Of a DNA stretch of 64,000 nucleotides, positions 19,807-29,216 are shown in pieces. Source of the DNA: Bacteroidales bacterium (lineage in GTDB: Bacteria > Bacteroidota > Bacteroidia > Bacteroidales > WCHB1-69); the NCBI GenBank assembly GCA_045132235.1, contig JBGURX010000038.1, forward strand, positions 5,708 to 69,707. Reading direction: 5' to 3'. Below the pieces are notes generated by a model. That model saw only the letters and a list, made by a program, of their open reading frames with translations. It was not told the origin of the DNA and did not search any database. Position 1 is the stretch's first letter. Each line of letters opens with the position of its first letter. Both the position numbers and the translations under genes were made by a program.

Positions 19807-21456
19807 ATGGAAAGAATTTTCATTTCGTTGTTATCGGCATTGTTATTGATGGCAGGTGTGCAGGCGCAGACTGAAGTAAATTCCAAGGTGGAGAAAGCCA
19901 CGGTTTACCTCAACGGTGCCACGCTCACCCACACCGCCACCGCTGCCCTGAAGAGCGGCAGTCAGGAGGTGGTCATCACCGGACTGAGCCCCGACATTGT
20001 GCTCAGCAGCCTGAAAGTCACCGCGAATGGTGTGCTCATTGCCTCCACGGAGTTTTCCACCGACTTTCTCACCCTCCAAGAGGAGAGGACACACATCAAA
20101 AAGATGGAGGACTCGTTGGAAATGTACAAGCAAAAGCGGCTGGATGTGACGAATGACCTCGATGGCTACGAGCACATGCTGAGACTGCTCAAAGAGGGCA
20201 CCCTCCACAACATGCAGCAGACGCAACAAACCGTGTCGGTGGCGGACATCAATGCCAACATGGAGCTGTACAAAGCCAAAGCAGGTGCCTTGCAGAAGAG
20301 CATTGACGAATGCGACAGCAAAATTTCCCAGCTAAACGGAACCATTCAACGGTTGGAAAACCAAATCAAGCAGGACAAGTCCCAAGGCCTCCACACGCAG
20401 GGCGTGCTGCACCTGTCGGTGAGCGTGCCCAAGGCTCTCACTACCGAATTCACCATCACCTACTTCACTGAAATGGCGGCATGGACTCCCTGCTACGACC
20501 TCAACATCCACGACATGGAGCAACAGGTGACACTGCAGGCCAAGGCACAAGTACAGCAGACCACTGGGCTGGACTGGAACCACGTACAGCTCACCCTGTC
20601 GAACGCCACCCCCAACCGAACCACTGAGGCTCCCGTATTCTCCCCGTGGTTTCTCAATTTCAGAAATTACTATGCGCCGAGAAAAGAGAATCTAAGAAGC
20701 AATGTCGTCTCCTATTCATTTACTTCGGATGTTGAGGAATCGGAAGCGCCTTATGACGCAGGTTATGTCGCAGGTGTAACCGCAACTGCTGAAGCGAAAC
20801 CGATGCCCATCCTGATGAACGACTACGTGGATGTGGACATGCAGGAGGTGCATGTGAACTATGTCATCTCACTGCCCTACGACATTCCCGGCAATGGCAA
20901 AATTCAACTCATTGATTTGAAAGACTATACCATCAATGCAGAGTATAAATACTACAGCATTCCGAAGCTGTCGGACGAAACCTACCTGGTGGGCACCCTG
21001 TCGGGCTACGAGCAGTACGGCCTGCTGCCCGGCTACGCCACGGTGACCTTCAACAACACCTTCGTGGGCAAGACGCTCATCAACCCGAATGTAGCCGACA
21101 GTCTGTTCACCATCACCCTCGCCACCGACCCGCGCATCGCGGTGAAACGCGAAAAACAGCAGCAGTACTGCGAGACCAAGCACGTGGGCAACAGCACCAC
21201 GGTCACCCAGTCGTACCTGATTACGGTAAAGAACAACCAGAGCAAGGAGGTAAAACTGACGTTGAAGGAGCAGTATCCCATCTCCAGCGACAAGGATATC
21301 GAGGTGAAGGTGACCAACATCACGCCGGCAGCCACTTACAACAAGAGCGACATCGGCGTGGTGACATGGGATGTGAACCTGAAGGCGGGCGAAACACGCA
21401 CGTTCAGCATCACTTACAGCGTGAAGCACCCGAAGGACAGGAACATCAGCTGGTAG
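19807..21456 (+). CDS. DUF4139/DUF4140-like (MuiA-like) secreted protein
   Basis: 549 aa with a signal peptide. N-terminal ATVYLNGATLTHTATAALKSGSQEVVITGLSPDIVLSSLKV followed by a coiled-coil segment, matching my memory of the DUF4140/DUF4139 architecture. Confidence 0.65.
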   Translation: MERIFISLLSALLLMAGVQAQTEVNSKVEKATVYLNGATLTHTATAALKSGSQEVVITGLSPDIVLSSLKVTANGVLIASTEFSTDFLTLQEERTHIKKMEDSLEMYKQKRLDVTNDLDGYEHMLRLLKEGTLHNMQQTQQTVSVADINANMELYKAKAGALQKSIDECDSKISQLNGTIQRLENQIKQDKSQGLHTQGVLHLSVSVPKALTTEFTITYFTEMAAWTPCYDLNIHDMEQQVTLQAKAQVQQTTGLDWNHVQLTLSNATPNRTTEAPVFSPWFLNFRNYYAPRKENLRSNVVSYSFTSDVEESEAPYDAGYVAGVTATAEAKPMPILMNDYVDVDMQEVHVNYVISLPYDIPGNGKIQLIDLKDYTINAEYKYYSIPKLSDETYLVGTLSGYEQYGLLPGYATVTFNNTFVGKTLINPNVADSLFTITLATDPRIAVKREKQQQYCETKHVGNSTTVTQSYLITVKNNQSKEVKLTLKEQYPISSDKDIEVKVTNITPAATYNKSDIGVVTWDVNLKAGETRTFSITYSVKHPKDRNISW

Positions 21457-21457
21457 G

Positions 21458-21492
21458 AGTTGAAAGTTAAGAGTTAAGAGTTAAGGAGTTAG
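21458..21492 (+). repeat. Second heptamer array (AGTTGAA, AGTTAAG x3, GAGTTAG)
   Basis: Read directly. It fills the 32-nt gap between the convergent stops of the DUF4139-like gene and sod, and runs into the sod stop codon. Confidence 0.9.
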
Positions 21493-22070
21493 AAGCGTTG
21501 CTCTACTACCTGCCAGTTGACGATTGACCAGAGGGCGTTGAGGTGGTCGGGACGGCGGTTCTGATAATCAAGATAATAGGCGTGCTCCCACACATCAAAG
21601 GTAAGTAATGGAGTGAGGCCTTTCTGCACGGGGTTGGCGGCGTTGGTCTCCTGTGTGATGACGAGCTTGCCATCGGCGTCGGCGGAGAGCCACACCCAGC
21701 CGGATCCGAAGAGCGTGGCGCCGGCCTGCACGAACTCTTTCTGGAACGCCTCGAAAGAGCCGAACTGCGCATCGATGGCGGCAGCCAGTTTGCCCACAGG
21801 ACGGTTGTCGGCTTTCGGAGCGGCGAACTGCAGGAAATAGAGGTTGTGGTTCAGAATCTGTCCGGCATTGTTGAGCATACCGCCGGAAGCCTTCTTCACA
21901 ATCTCCTCCAAAGGCATTCCTTCAAAAGAAGTGCCGGCGATGGCCGCATTGAGATTGTTGACATACCCTTGCAAATGTTTTCCGTGATGGAATCCGATGG
22001 TTTGGGCAGAGATTACCGGTTCCAAAGCATTAGCTTCATAAGGCAACGTAATTAATTCAAATTTTCCCAT
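21489..22070 (-). CDS. sod: Fe/Mn superoxide dismutase
   Basis: MGKFELITLPYEANALEPVIS...FHHGKHLQGYV...DVWEHAYYLDYQNRRPD. Start moved to the ATG at 22070. Confidence 0.95.
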   Translation of the reverse strand: MGKFELITLPYEANALEPVISAQTIGFHHGKHLQGYVNNLNAAIAGTSFEGMPLEEIVKKASGGMLNNAGQILNHNLYFLQFAAPKADNRPVGKLAAAIDAQFGSFEAFQKEFVQAGATLFGSGWVWLSADADGKLVITQETNAANPVQKGLTPLLTFDVWEHAYYLDYQNRRPDHLNALWSIVNWQVVEQRF

Positions 22071-22094
22071 GGTAATTTTTTTATAATGACGGGG

Positions 22095-22102
22095 CAAAGA
22101 TA
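22095..22102 (-). promoter_or_regulatory. -7 box (TAnnTTTG) for sod
   Basis: Plus strand reads CAAAGATA, which is TATCTTTG on minus, 24 nt upstream of the ATG at 22070. Confidence 0.5.
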
Positions 22103-22160
22103 CGAATTAAACTGAAAATTGAAAGGTGAAAATGGAAAATAAAAGTTCGCAAAAAAATCG

Positions 22161-22168
22161 TAACTTTG
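22161..22168 (+). promoter_or_regulatory. -7 box (TAnnTTTG) for the 22187 operon
   Basis: TAACTTTG lies 18 nt upstream of the ATG at 22187. The track start at 22166 falls inside this box, so it was rejected. Confidence 0.5.
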
Positions 22169-22186
22169 CACCCTGATTTTGTTAGT

Positions 22187-23233
22187 ATGGAAAAGAAGCA
22201 GAAATCGGCTACGGAGCTGTTGAAGAAGGTGCTCAAATTCATCCTGTTTGTCGGGGTGGGCGTGTTTTTCGTATGGATTTCCATCCGGAAATTGTCGGCG
22301 GAAGATGTCGCTCATCTGAAAGAGAGTGCACGGCAGGTGACGAAAGGCACGGCGTGGCTCTTTTTGTTCCTTGCCTTTTTGGCGGGGGCGATATCGAACT
22401 ACATCCGCGCCCTGCGGCAGCGGCAGTTGCTGCAACCTCTCGGCTACGAGACGCGCCGCAGCATGGTCTTCTATTCCGTAATGGTTTGTTATTTAGCTAA
22501 CTACGTCTTTCCTCGTCTCGGAGAAGTGTTGCGATGCACCTTCCTGCAGCGTTACGAGAAAGTGCCTTTTGAGAAGTCGTTGGGCACGGTGGTTACGGAA
22601 CGTGCCGTGGATTTCATCATCATGGTGGGCATCTTCATCGCGGCATTTTTGCTGAACACCGGTCTGATGGACTCGCTCCACATCGGCGACCTGACGTTGC
22701 GCGAGACGCTTCATGCGAAGATTGACGGCATGGTGAGCAACCATACCCTTTACATTGTCATCGGGGCTTTCATTCTGCTGGTGGCGCTCATCATTTTCAC
22801 CCGCAAATGGTGGTCGAAAGTGACTTTGTTTGTCAAAATCAAAGACTTTTTTGTCGGAATTTGGCAGGGTTTGATTTCCATCAAAGACGTGCGGAGACCG
22901 TGGCTCTTCATCTTTTACTCACTGATAATATGGGTATTATGGGTGTTGGAGACCGTATTCTGTTTTCAGGCGTTCGACTATCTCTCAGGCTATACCTTCG
23001 TGATGATGTTCACGGTGTTTGCGATGGGCAACATCGGCTTTTTGATCGGCCCCGGCGGCATCGGCACCTACCCGCTGATTGTAGCGGCCATGATTGTATT
23101 GTACAGCGGCACTGACATGTATGCCCCCGGACTGGCCACCGGCTGGATTGCATGGGGCGTGCAGACCGTGCAGGTGCTCACCCTCGGTCTCTTCTCGCTG
23201 GCAGCGACCGCATTGATGAAACGAAAGGAGTAG
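22187..23233 (+). CDS. Flippase-like / lysylphosphatidylglycerol-synthase-TM-region family membrane protein (UPF0104-like)
   Basis: About 348 aa polytopic membrane protein. Basic N-terminus, then about 8 hydrophobic segments. The family call comes from general resemblance only. Confidence 0.55.
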   Translation: MEKKQKSATELLKKVLKFILFVGVGVFFVWISIRKLSAEDVAHLKESARQVTKGTAWLFLFLAFLAGAISNYIRALRQRQLLQPLGYETRRSMVFYSVMVCYLANYVFPRLGEVLRCTFLQRYEKVPFEKSLGTVVTERAVDFIIMVGIFIAAFLLNTGLMDSLHIGDLTLRETLHAKIDGMVSNHTLYIVIGAFILLVALIIFTRKWWSKVTLFVKIKDFFVGIWQGLISIKDVRRPWLFIFYSLIIWVLWVLETVFCFQAFDYLSGYTFVMMFTVFAMGNIGFLIGPGGIGTYPLIVAAMIVLYSGTDMYAPGLATGWIAWGVQTVQVLTLGLFSLAATALMKRKE

Positions 23234-23235
23234 CC

Positions 23236-23706
23236 ATGATAGAAGATATTGAAAGAAAGATTATTACCGCTGCGCAGTGGCAGAAACCGGAAGGCCGGAA
23301 GGTGGTGTTCACCAACGGCTGCTTCGACATCCTGCACCGCGGCCATGCCACCTACCTGGCCCAAGCGCGCGAGCTGGGCGACCTGCTGGTGGTGGGGCTC
23401 AACACCGATGCCTCCGTACGTCGGCTCAAGGGTCCTTCCAGACCCGTCAACAGCGAGCGCGACCGTGCCTTCCTGCTCGCTTCGCTCGCTTGCGTGGATT
23501 TCGTCATCCTCTTCGACGAGGACACCCCCGAGCAGCTCATCCACCAAGTGCAACCCGACGTGCTGGTCAAGGGCGGCGACTACACCCTCGACAACATCGT
23601 AGGAGCAGATTTCGTGCTCCAAAACGGTGGCGCCGTCACCACCATTCCCTTCGTTGACGGATATTCCACAACATTAACCTTACAAAAAATTTCACAACAA
23701 GCATGA
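23236..23706 (+). CDS. rfaE2: D-glycero-beta-D-manno-heptose-1-phosphate adenylyltransferase-like cytidylyltransferase (RfaE domain II type)
   Basis: 156 aa. VFTNGCFDILHRGHATYL (HxGH nucleotidyltransferase motif), NTDASVRRLKGPSRPVN and LVKGGDY closely follow my memory of the E. coli HldE C-terminal domain. Confidence 0.8.
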   Translation: MIEDIERKIITAAQWQKPEGRKVVFTNGCFDILHRGHATYLAQARELGDLLVVGLNTDASVRRLKGPSRPVNSERDRAFLLASLACVDFVILFDEDTPEQLIHQVQPDVLVKGGDYTLDNIVGADFVLQNGGAVTTIPFVDGYSTTLTLQKISQQA

Positions 23707-24713
23707 AAAAAATCACTCTTTTTCTGGCTATCACGTTCATCGCATTCTCCTGCTTTGCACAGGACGACATTCTGAGTCCCTTCGACGGATCAGGATCTGC
23801 CACCACTCCCCCACCCGCCGACAGAAACCTCATCACCGAAAACTATCAGATTCCCTCCTACAACCTCTATCTTCAGGATTGGAACACAGAATATCTGAAA
23901 ATCAAATCATTGGGCATTTCTTTTGGAAATAATGAAGACATCAAAATCATCCTTGTGGAGAGTCACAACAATGATTTCTCGATGCCTTGCGAGATGTACA
24001 GGCTCACCAGCAAATATGGCAACCGCAAGGGCGGCAACCACACCGGCGTTGACCTCGCCCTGACCAAGGGAGCCCCCATCCGCTGCTGCTTCGACGGCGT
24101 GGTGCGCATGGCGAAAGACTACAGCAGCTACGGCAAAACCGTGGTGGTGCGCCACTACAACGGATTGGAGACCGTGTATGCCCACCTTGACTCCATCTGC
24201 GTGGTTCCCAACGAGATAGTGACTGCGGGACAGCTGGTAGGCACCGCCGGCAGCTCCGGACGCGCCAGCGGCGTGCACCTCCACTTCGAGACCCGCTTCC
24301 TGTACGAGCATTTCGACCCCGAGAAGATGATCGACTTCGGCAGCGGCGACCTCATCAGCAACATCCTCACCATCGCCAAGTCCGAACTTGATTTCGACAC
24401 AGCACCCGAAGCACCGGCAACCGCACAAACTCCCGCTCCGACACCTGCTCCTGCCACATCCAGCAACAACACTCCGGCAACGGCCAACAATGCCCCAGCC
24501 GCCACCAACCCCACCCCGAAACCCACTCCACAACCTGCCCCCAGCACTCCCAACAATAACAACAGCGAATCGGTCATCCACACCGTTGTGTCGGGCGACA
24601 CATTGTACGGCATCGCCAGAAAATATGGCACTACTGTTGACAAACTTCTAAAACTCAACAATCTGACAGAAGAAAGCAAACTCCAGTTAGGACAAAAGAT
24701 CCGCGTTAAATGA
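23703..24713 (+). CDS. M23 family metallopeptidase with Pro/Thr/Ala-rich linker and C-terminal LysM domain
   Basis: Signal peptide, HTGVDLAL and GVHLHFETR zinc motifs, a low-complexity linker (APEAPATAQTPAPTPAPATSS...), and LysM (HTVVSGDTLYGIARKYGTTVDKLLKLNNL). ATGA overlap with the upstream gene. Confidence 0.85.
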   Translation: MKKITLFLAITFIAFSCFAQDDILSPFDGSGSATTPPPADRNLITENYQIPSYNLYLQDWNTEYLKIKSLGISFGNNEDIKIILVESHNNDFSMPCEMYRLTSKYGNRKGGNHTGVDLALTKGAPIRCCFDGVVRMAKDYSSYGKTVVVRHYNGLETVYAHLDSICVVPNEIVTAGQLVGTAGSSGRASGVHLHFETRFLYEHFDPEKMIDFGSGDLISNILTIAKSELDFDTAPEAPATAQTPAPTPAPATSSNNTPATANNAPAATNPTPKPTPQPAPSTPNNNNSESVIHTVVSGDTLYGIARKYGTTVDKLLKLNNLTEESKLQLGQKIRVK

Positions 24714-27298
24714 AAAAATGGATGCTCTATCTCGCCTTTTGCATGCTGTCGCTGACGGCATGGGCGACCCATCAGCGGGCCGGCGAGATCACCTACGAGC
24801 ATCTGAGCGGTCTCACCTACCGTTTTACCATCATCACCTACACCTACACCCCCAGCGCCGCCGACCGTCCGCAGATCGAGATGCTGTGGGGCGACGGCAC
24901 CTCTTCCGTCGTTGACCGTTACCAGAAAATCAACATGGACAACGACATCAGCCGCAACATCTACATCACCGAGCACACCTACCCCTCCACCGGCACCTAC
25001 CATGTCACCTTTGAAGACCCCAACCGCAACAACGGCATCGTCAACATCCCCAACTCGGTCAACATTCCGTTTTTCCTCGAAACCATACTGGTTATCAATC
25101 CGTTTCTCGGAGCCAATTCCTCACCGCAGCTACTGAACCCGCCCATTGACAACGGCTGCACCAGCGTACCCTACTACCACAACCCGGGGGCTTACGACCC
25201 TGACGGTGACAGTTTGAGCTACAGTCTCATCGCCTGCCGGGGCTACAACGGCGAGGACATTCCCGGCTACGCGCTGCCGGCGGCCAGCAACTACATCAGC
25301 ATCGACCCGCAGACCGGCGACCTTACGTGGGATTCGCCGATGGCGGTGGGCGAATACAACATTGCGATTCTCATCAGCGAATGGCGGCACGGCGTGCTCA
25401 TCGGGTCGGTGGTGCGCGACATGCAGATCACCATTCTCGCCTGCAACAACCAGCCGCCGGAAATCATCACCTGCATGGACACCTGCATCACCGCCGGACA
25501 GACGCTCCAACTCACGGTGACAGCCACCGATGCCAATTCCACTGTCGTGCGGCTCACGGCCACCGGCGGGGTTTTCGGTCTCTCCGACCATCACGCCACC
25601 TTCCCCACAGCCGAAGGCACGCCGCCTGTCAGCAGCCAGTTTGTGTGGAACACCACCTGCAGCCACATCCGACTGGCGCCCTACAGCGTGCTTTTCAAGG
25701 CGGTGGACAACGGCCCGCAGGTCAATCTCACATCATACAAAACACTGAACATCAATGTAGTGGCACCAAAACCCGAGAATGTGGTGGCGGAGCCGGTGGG
25801 CAACACCATCGAGGTGTCGTGGTCGCTGCATGCCTGCACACAAACCGCTGGCTACAGAATCTACCGGCGCAACGGCAGCTACGACTTCGAGCCCGACAAC
25901 TGCGAGACGGGACTGCCCGGCTACACCGGCTACCAGCTGGTAGGCGAGACACACGACTGGAGCGACTGCCTCTTCACCGACGACGGCAGCACCCTGTCCC
26001 TTTACCACGGCAATGAATACTGCTACCGTGTGGTGGCTTACTACGCTGACGGCTCGGAAAGCTACGTGTCGGATGAGGCCTGCACGGTGCTGCACAACGA
26101 CGTGCCCCGTCTCACCCACGCCGACATTGACGTTACCGACAGCGAAAACGGCATCATCTACGTGGAGTGGCTGCGACCCACAGAACTTGACACGATACAG
26201 TATCCCGGTCCGCAGTACCAGTATCGGCTGTATCGAGCCAACTCACTACAACCCAACGATTTCCAGCTCATCTATACGGGCATGTCGCTGCAAGACACCC
26301 AGTTCACCGACATGGGATTGAACACCCTTGAGCTGACCTACATTTACAAGGTGGAGGTATGGGCGGAAGTGCACGACAGCCTCGTGCTGGCCGGCACGTC
26401 GGATGCGGCCTCGTCGGTTTGGCTGGCGATTACCCCGCAGGACTGCGCCCTGCTGCTCGAATGGGGCGCTGCTGTGCCGTGGACCAACACCGAGTACACG
26501 GTCTTCCGATGGAATGAAAACACCCAGCAGTTCGACTCCATCGCCACCACAACAGTGCTTTCCTACACCGACCGCGGTTTGCTGAATGGCACCTCCTACT
26601 GTTACATCGTGCGGTCAACGGGCGGCTACTTTGCACCTGACACCATCGCGCCGTTCCTGAACCGCTCGCAGAAAGATTGTGCCGTGCCCGCCGACCTCAC
26701 CCCGCCGGAAGTGCCGCAGCTGACCGTCACCACCGACTGCGAGACCGTGGAACTGAGCTGGACATTTTCCAACGACTCCGCATATCTTGATGTATATCAA
26801 TATTATATCTATTATAAATCTACTATTGACGAAGATTTCAGCATCCTTGACTCCTTCTATCTCCCCAACGATTGTTACACCACACATTGCATCTATTCGC
26901 TCACCGAACTGCCCTACGTCATCGGCTGTTTTGCCATGGCCGCCATCGACACGGTGGGCAACCTCTCGCAACGCTCCGATTCGGTCTGCTTCGACATCGA
27001 CGACTGCTTCACCTACGAACTGCCCAACGTGCTCACTCCCAACGGCGACGGCTACAACGACATCCTTGTCCCCTTCCCCTATAAAAATGTGCAAGGTGTT
27101 GATTTTTATCTATATAATCGTTGGGGAAGATTGGTTTATAAAACTTCGGACATCGACATCAACTGGGACGGAACGGATATGAACAGCCATCAGGCCTCGT
27201 CCGACGGCACCTATTACTATGTCTGTCAAGTGCATCTGCACTCTTTGCACGGTCCGATGACCAAAGAGTTGCACGGCACCCTTACCGTTATTCGCTAA
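24710..27298 (+). CDS. T9SS type-B (gliding-motility-associated CTD, CHU_C type) cargo protein
   Basis: 862 aa with a signal peptide and N-terminal THQRAGEITYEH module. The C-terminal 94 aa YELPNVLTPNGDGYNDILVPF...YNRWGRLVY...WDG...DGTYYY match the type-B sorting-domain pattern. ATGA overlap with the M23 gene. Confidence 0.85.
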   Translation: MKKWMLYLAFCMLSLTAWATHQRAGEITYEHLSGLTYRFTIITYTYTPSAADRPQIEMLWGDGTSSVVDRYQKINMDNDISRNIYITEHTYPSTGTYHVTFEDPNRNNGIVNIPNSVNIPFFLETILVINPFLGANSSPQLLNPPIDNGCTSVPYYHNPGAYDPDGDSLSYSLIACRGYNGEDIPGYALPAASNYISIDPQTGDLTWDSPMAVGEYNIAILISEWRHGVLIGSVVRDMQITILACNNQPPEIITCMDTCITAGQTLQLTVTATDANSTVVRLTATGGVFGLSDHHATFPTAEGTPPVSSQFVWNTTCSHIRLAPYSVLFKAVDNGPQVNLTSYKTLNINVVAPKPENVVAEPVGNTIEVSWSLHACTQTAGYRIYRRNGSYDFEPDNCETGLPGYTGYQLVGETHDWSDCLFTDDGSTLSLYHGNEYCYRVVAYYADGSESYVSDEACTVLHNDVPRLTHADIDVTDSENGIIYVEWLRPTELDTIQYPGPQYQYRLYRANSLQPNDFQLIYTGMSLQDTQFTDMGLNTLELTYIYKVEVWAEVHDSLVLAGTSDAASSVWLAITPQDCALLLEWGAAVPWTNTEYTVFRWNENTQQFDSIATTTVLSYTDRGLLNGTSYCYIVRSTGGYFAPDTIAPFLNRSQKDCAVPADLTPPEVPQLTVTTDCETVELSWTFSNDSAYLDVYQYYIYYKSTIDEDFSILDSFYLPNDCYTTHCIYSLTELPYVIGCFAMAAIDTVGNLSQRSDSVCFDIDDCFTYELPNVLTPNGDGYNDILVPFPYKNVQGVDFYLYNRWGRLVYKTSDIDINWDGTDMNSHQASSDGTYYYVCQVHLHSLHGPMTKELHGTLTVIR

Positions 27299-27311
27299 CA
27301 CACTATTTTCC

Positions 27312-27725
27312 ATGCAGATACAGCAGCGCAAAACCGAAAACCGAACCGAATGTTTCGACATTATCCGCAGGAAATGGGTGCCGATGACGCCAGAGGAGAC
27401 GGTGCGACAGTTTCTCATCCACTTTATGATTGAAGAGAGAAAAATTCCGGCGATACGGATTTCTGTGGAGCGTGAGATCACCGTCAACGGGTTGAAACGG
27501 CGGTATGACTTGGTGGTTTACAGTCCTGCCGGCACGCCGCAGGCCGTCATCGAGTGCAAGGCGCCGCACGTGAAGCTCTCCCAAGAGGTGGTGGAACAGG
27601 CGGGGCGCTACAACAAAACCCTGCATGCCCCTTTCATCGGGGTGAGCAATGGCAAGCAGAGTCTTTTTTTCAGGATTGATTTTGATTCGGAGAAGATTGA
27701 TTTTTTGGAAGGATGGCCTTTTTAA
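27312..27725 (+). CDS. HsdR-N-terminal-domain-like PD-(D/E)xK fold protein
   Basis: 137 aa. RYDLVVYSPAGTPQAVIECKAP fits a D...E-x-K nuclease-fold core. Resembles stand-alone type I restriction enzyme R N-terminal domain proteins. Confidence 0.55.
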   Translation: MQIQQRKTENRTECFDIIRRKWVPMTPEETVRQFLIHFMIEERKIPAIRISVEREITVNGLKRRYDLVVYSPAGTPQAVIECKAPHVKLSQEVVEQAGRYNKTLHAPFIGVSNGKQSLFFRIDFDSEKIDFLEGWPF

Positions 27726-27743
27726 TCAGAAAAACATAAAGAT

Positions 27744-28625
27744 ATGAGAGCATACGTATTCCCCGGACAGGGGGCACAATTCATCGGGATGGGCAAAGAG
27801 CTGTACGACAGCCGGCCGGCTGCCCGCGACCTTTTCGAGCGCGCCAACGAGGTGTTGGGGTTCCGCATCACCGACATCATGTTTGCCGGCACGGATGAGG
27901 AGCTGAAGATGACCAAGGTGACACAGCCGGCAGTATTCTTGCACTCTGTCATTGAGTATCTTACCACCGATGTGCCGGCGCCCGACATGGTGGCCGGGCA
28001 TTCGCTCGGGGAGTTCTCGGCATTGGTGGCCAACAAAGTGCTTGCCTTTGAGGATGCGCTGCGGCTGGTCAGCCAGCGTGCCTTGGCCATGCAGAAAGCC
28101 TGCGAGGTACGTCCATCCACGATGGCCGCCATCCTGAAATTCGACGACCAGAAGATCGAGGAGGTCTGCGCTTCCATCACCGAAGAGGTGGTGGTGACGG
28201 CCAACTACAACAGTCCCGGCCAGTTGGTGATTTCGGGCTCTGTGGAGGGGGTTGACTTAGCGATACAGAAGCTGCGCGACATAGGGGCGCGACGGGTACT
28301 GCCGCTCAATGTGGGCGGGGCGTTCCACTCACCGCTGATGCTGCCGGCGCAGGAGGAGCTGGCGACAGCCATTGAACAGACCGACTTCCACGAACCCATC
28401 TGTCCTATCTACCAGAACATCAGCGCACAAGGCACCACAGATCTCACCATCATCCAACAGAACCTCAAAGACCAGCTCACCCATCCGGTGCGATGGACGC
28501 AGTCGGTGCAGCAGATGGTGGCCGATGGTGCCACCGAATTTGTAGAGTTCGGTCCGGGCGAGGTGTTATGCGGGCTGGTACGCCGCATCGCGCCGGAAGT
28601 GGCGGACGGAGTGCGGCACATCTGA
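27744..28625 (+). CDS. fabD: Malonyl-CoA-ACP transacylase
   Basis: 293 aa. FPGQGAQFIGMG start and active-site GHSLGEFSAL. Confidence 0.95.
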   Translation: MRAYVFPGQGAQFIGMGKELYDSRPAARDLFERANEVLGFRITDIMFAGTDEELKMTKVTQPAVFLHSVIEYLTTDVPAPDMVAGHSLGEFSALVANKVLAFEDALRLVSQRALAMQKACEVRPSTMAAILKFDDQKIEEVCASITEEVVVTANYNSPGQLVISGSVEGVDLAIQKLRDIGARRVLPLNVGGAFHSPLMLPAQEELATAIEQTDFHEPICPIYQNISAQGTTDLTIIQQNLKDQLTHPVRWTQSVQQMVADGATEFVEFGPGEVLCGLVRRIAPEVADGVRHI

Positions 28626-28656
28626 ACAGGAGAACTCACACACAGCCACTTACCCT

Positions 28657-29058
28657 CTATGCGCTCTGCTCCCCCGGATACAGCAATGCGCAACGGTCGA
28701 TGATGTCGCCGGCCAGGTCAAAACCTGCCTCACAAACCTTTTTGTTCTTATTGCCATCATACCCCATTACAAGGTGCATGGTACTATAACCCGTGTTGAC
28801 ATAAGTCAACAATTTCTTATCCCGCTTACCCGCAGCTTCTTTGTATTTAGCGATTGAGGGGCGTCCTTTCCCCTCCTGCACCTGCAGCACAGCATCGAGT
28901 GCCACTAAGCAACCCAACCATAGAATGTTACCGGCTGTCTTGACATACTTGCTGTCGGTGTAGCATTTCAATTCCGCATCATAATTCGCTTTCTTGATGA
29001 TTTCTTGAGCATTGGCCACATAACGGCGCGCTTCATCAATAGGATTTTTCATTTCCAT
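28657..29058 (-). CDS. Small hypothetical protein (possibly DUF5618-like)
   Basis: 133 aa, all-helical looking, with no signal peptide. It has its own -7 box and lower GC than its neighbours by eye. The family name is recalled with low certainty. Confidence 0.45.
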   Translation of the reverse strand: MEMKNPIDEARRYVANAQEIIKKANYDAELKCYTDSKYVKTAGNILWLGCLVALDAVLQVQEGKGRPSIAKYKEAAGKRDKKLLTYVNTGYSTMHLVMGYDGNKNKKVCEAGFDLAGDIIDRCALLYPGEQSA

Positions 29059-29083
29059 CGTACATCATTTATAGTTACGGCTG

Positions 29084-29091
29084 CAAAGATA
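29084..29091 (-). promoter_or_regulatory. -7 box (TAnnTTTG) for the 28657-29058 gene
   Basis: Plus strand reads CAAAGATA, which is TATCTTTG on minus, 25 nt upstream of the ATG at 29058. Confidence 0.45.
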
Positions 29092-29216
29092 TAACAAAAA
29101 AAATAAAATTTTTGCAAATTTTTAAATAATTTTTCTCCTTGAGAATAAGATAATTGGCTAACACTCTGCAACATTTTTGCAGCAGCAAAATCTCTTAAAA
29201 AGTAGAAATCAAACTT

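Noticed and set aside
29100-29216. Several TTTTTGCA-like strings on the plus strand between the DUF5618-like gene and the M6 protease stop, which look like promoters with no gene to drive.
   Set aside because: None has the exact TAnnTTTG spacing when read base by base. No plus-strand ORF follows for 2 kb.
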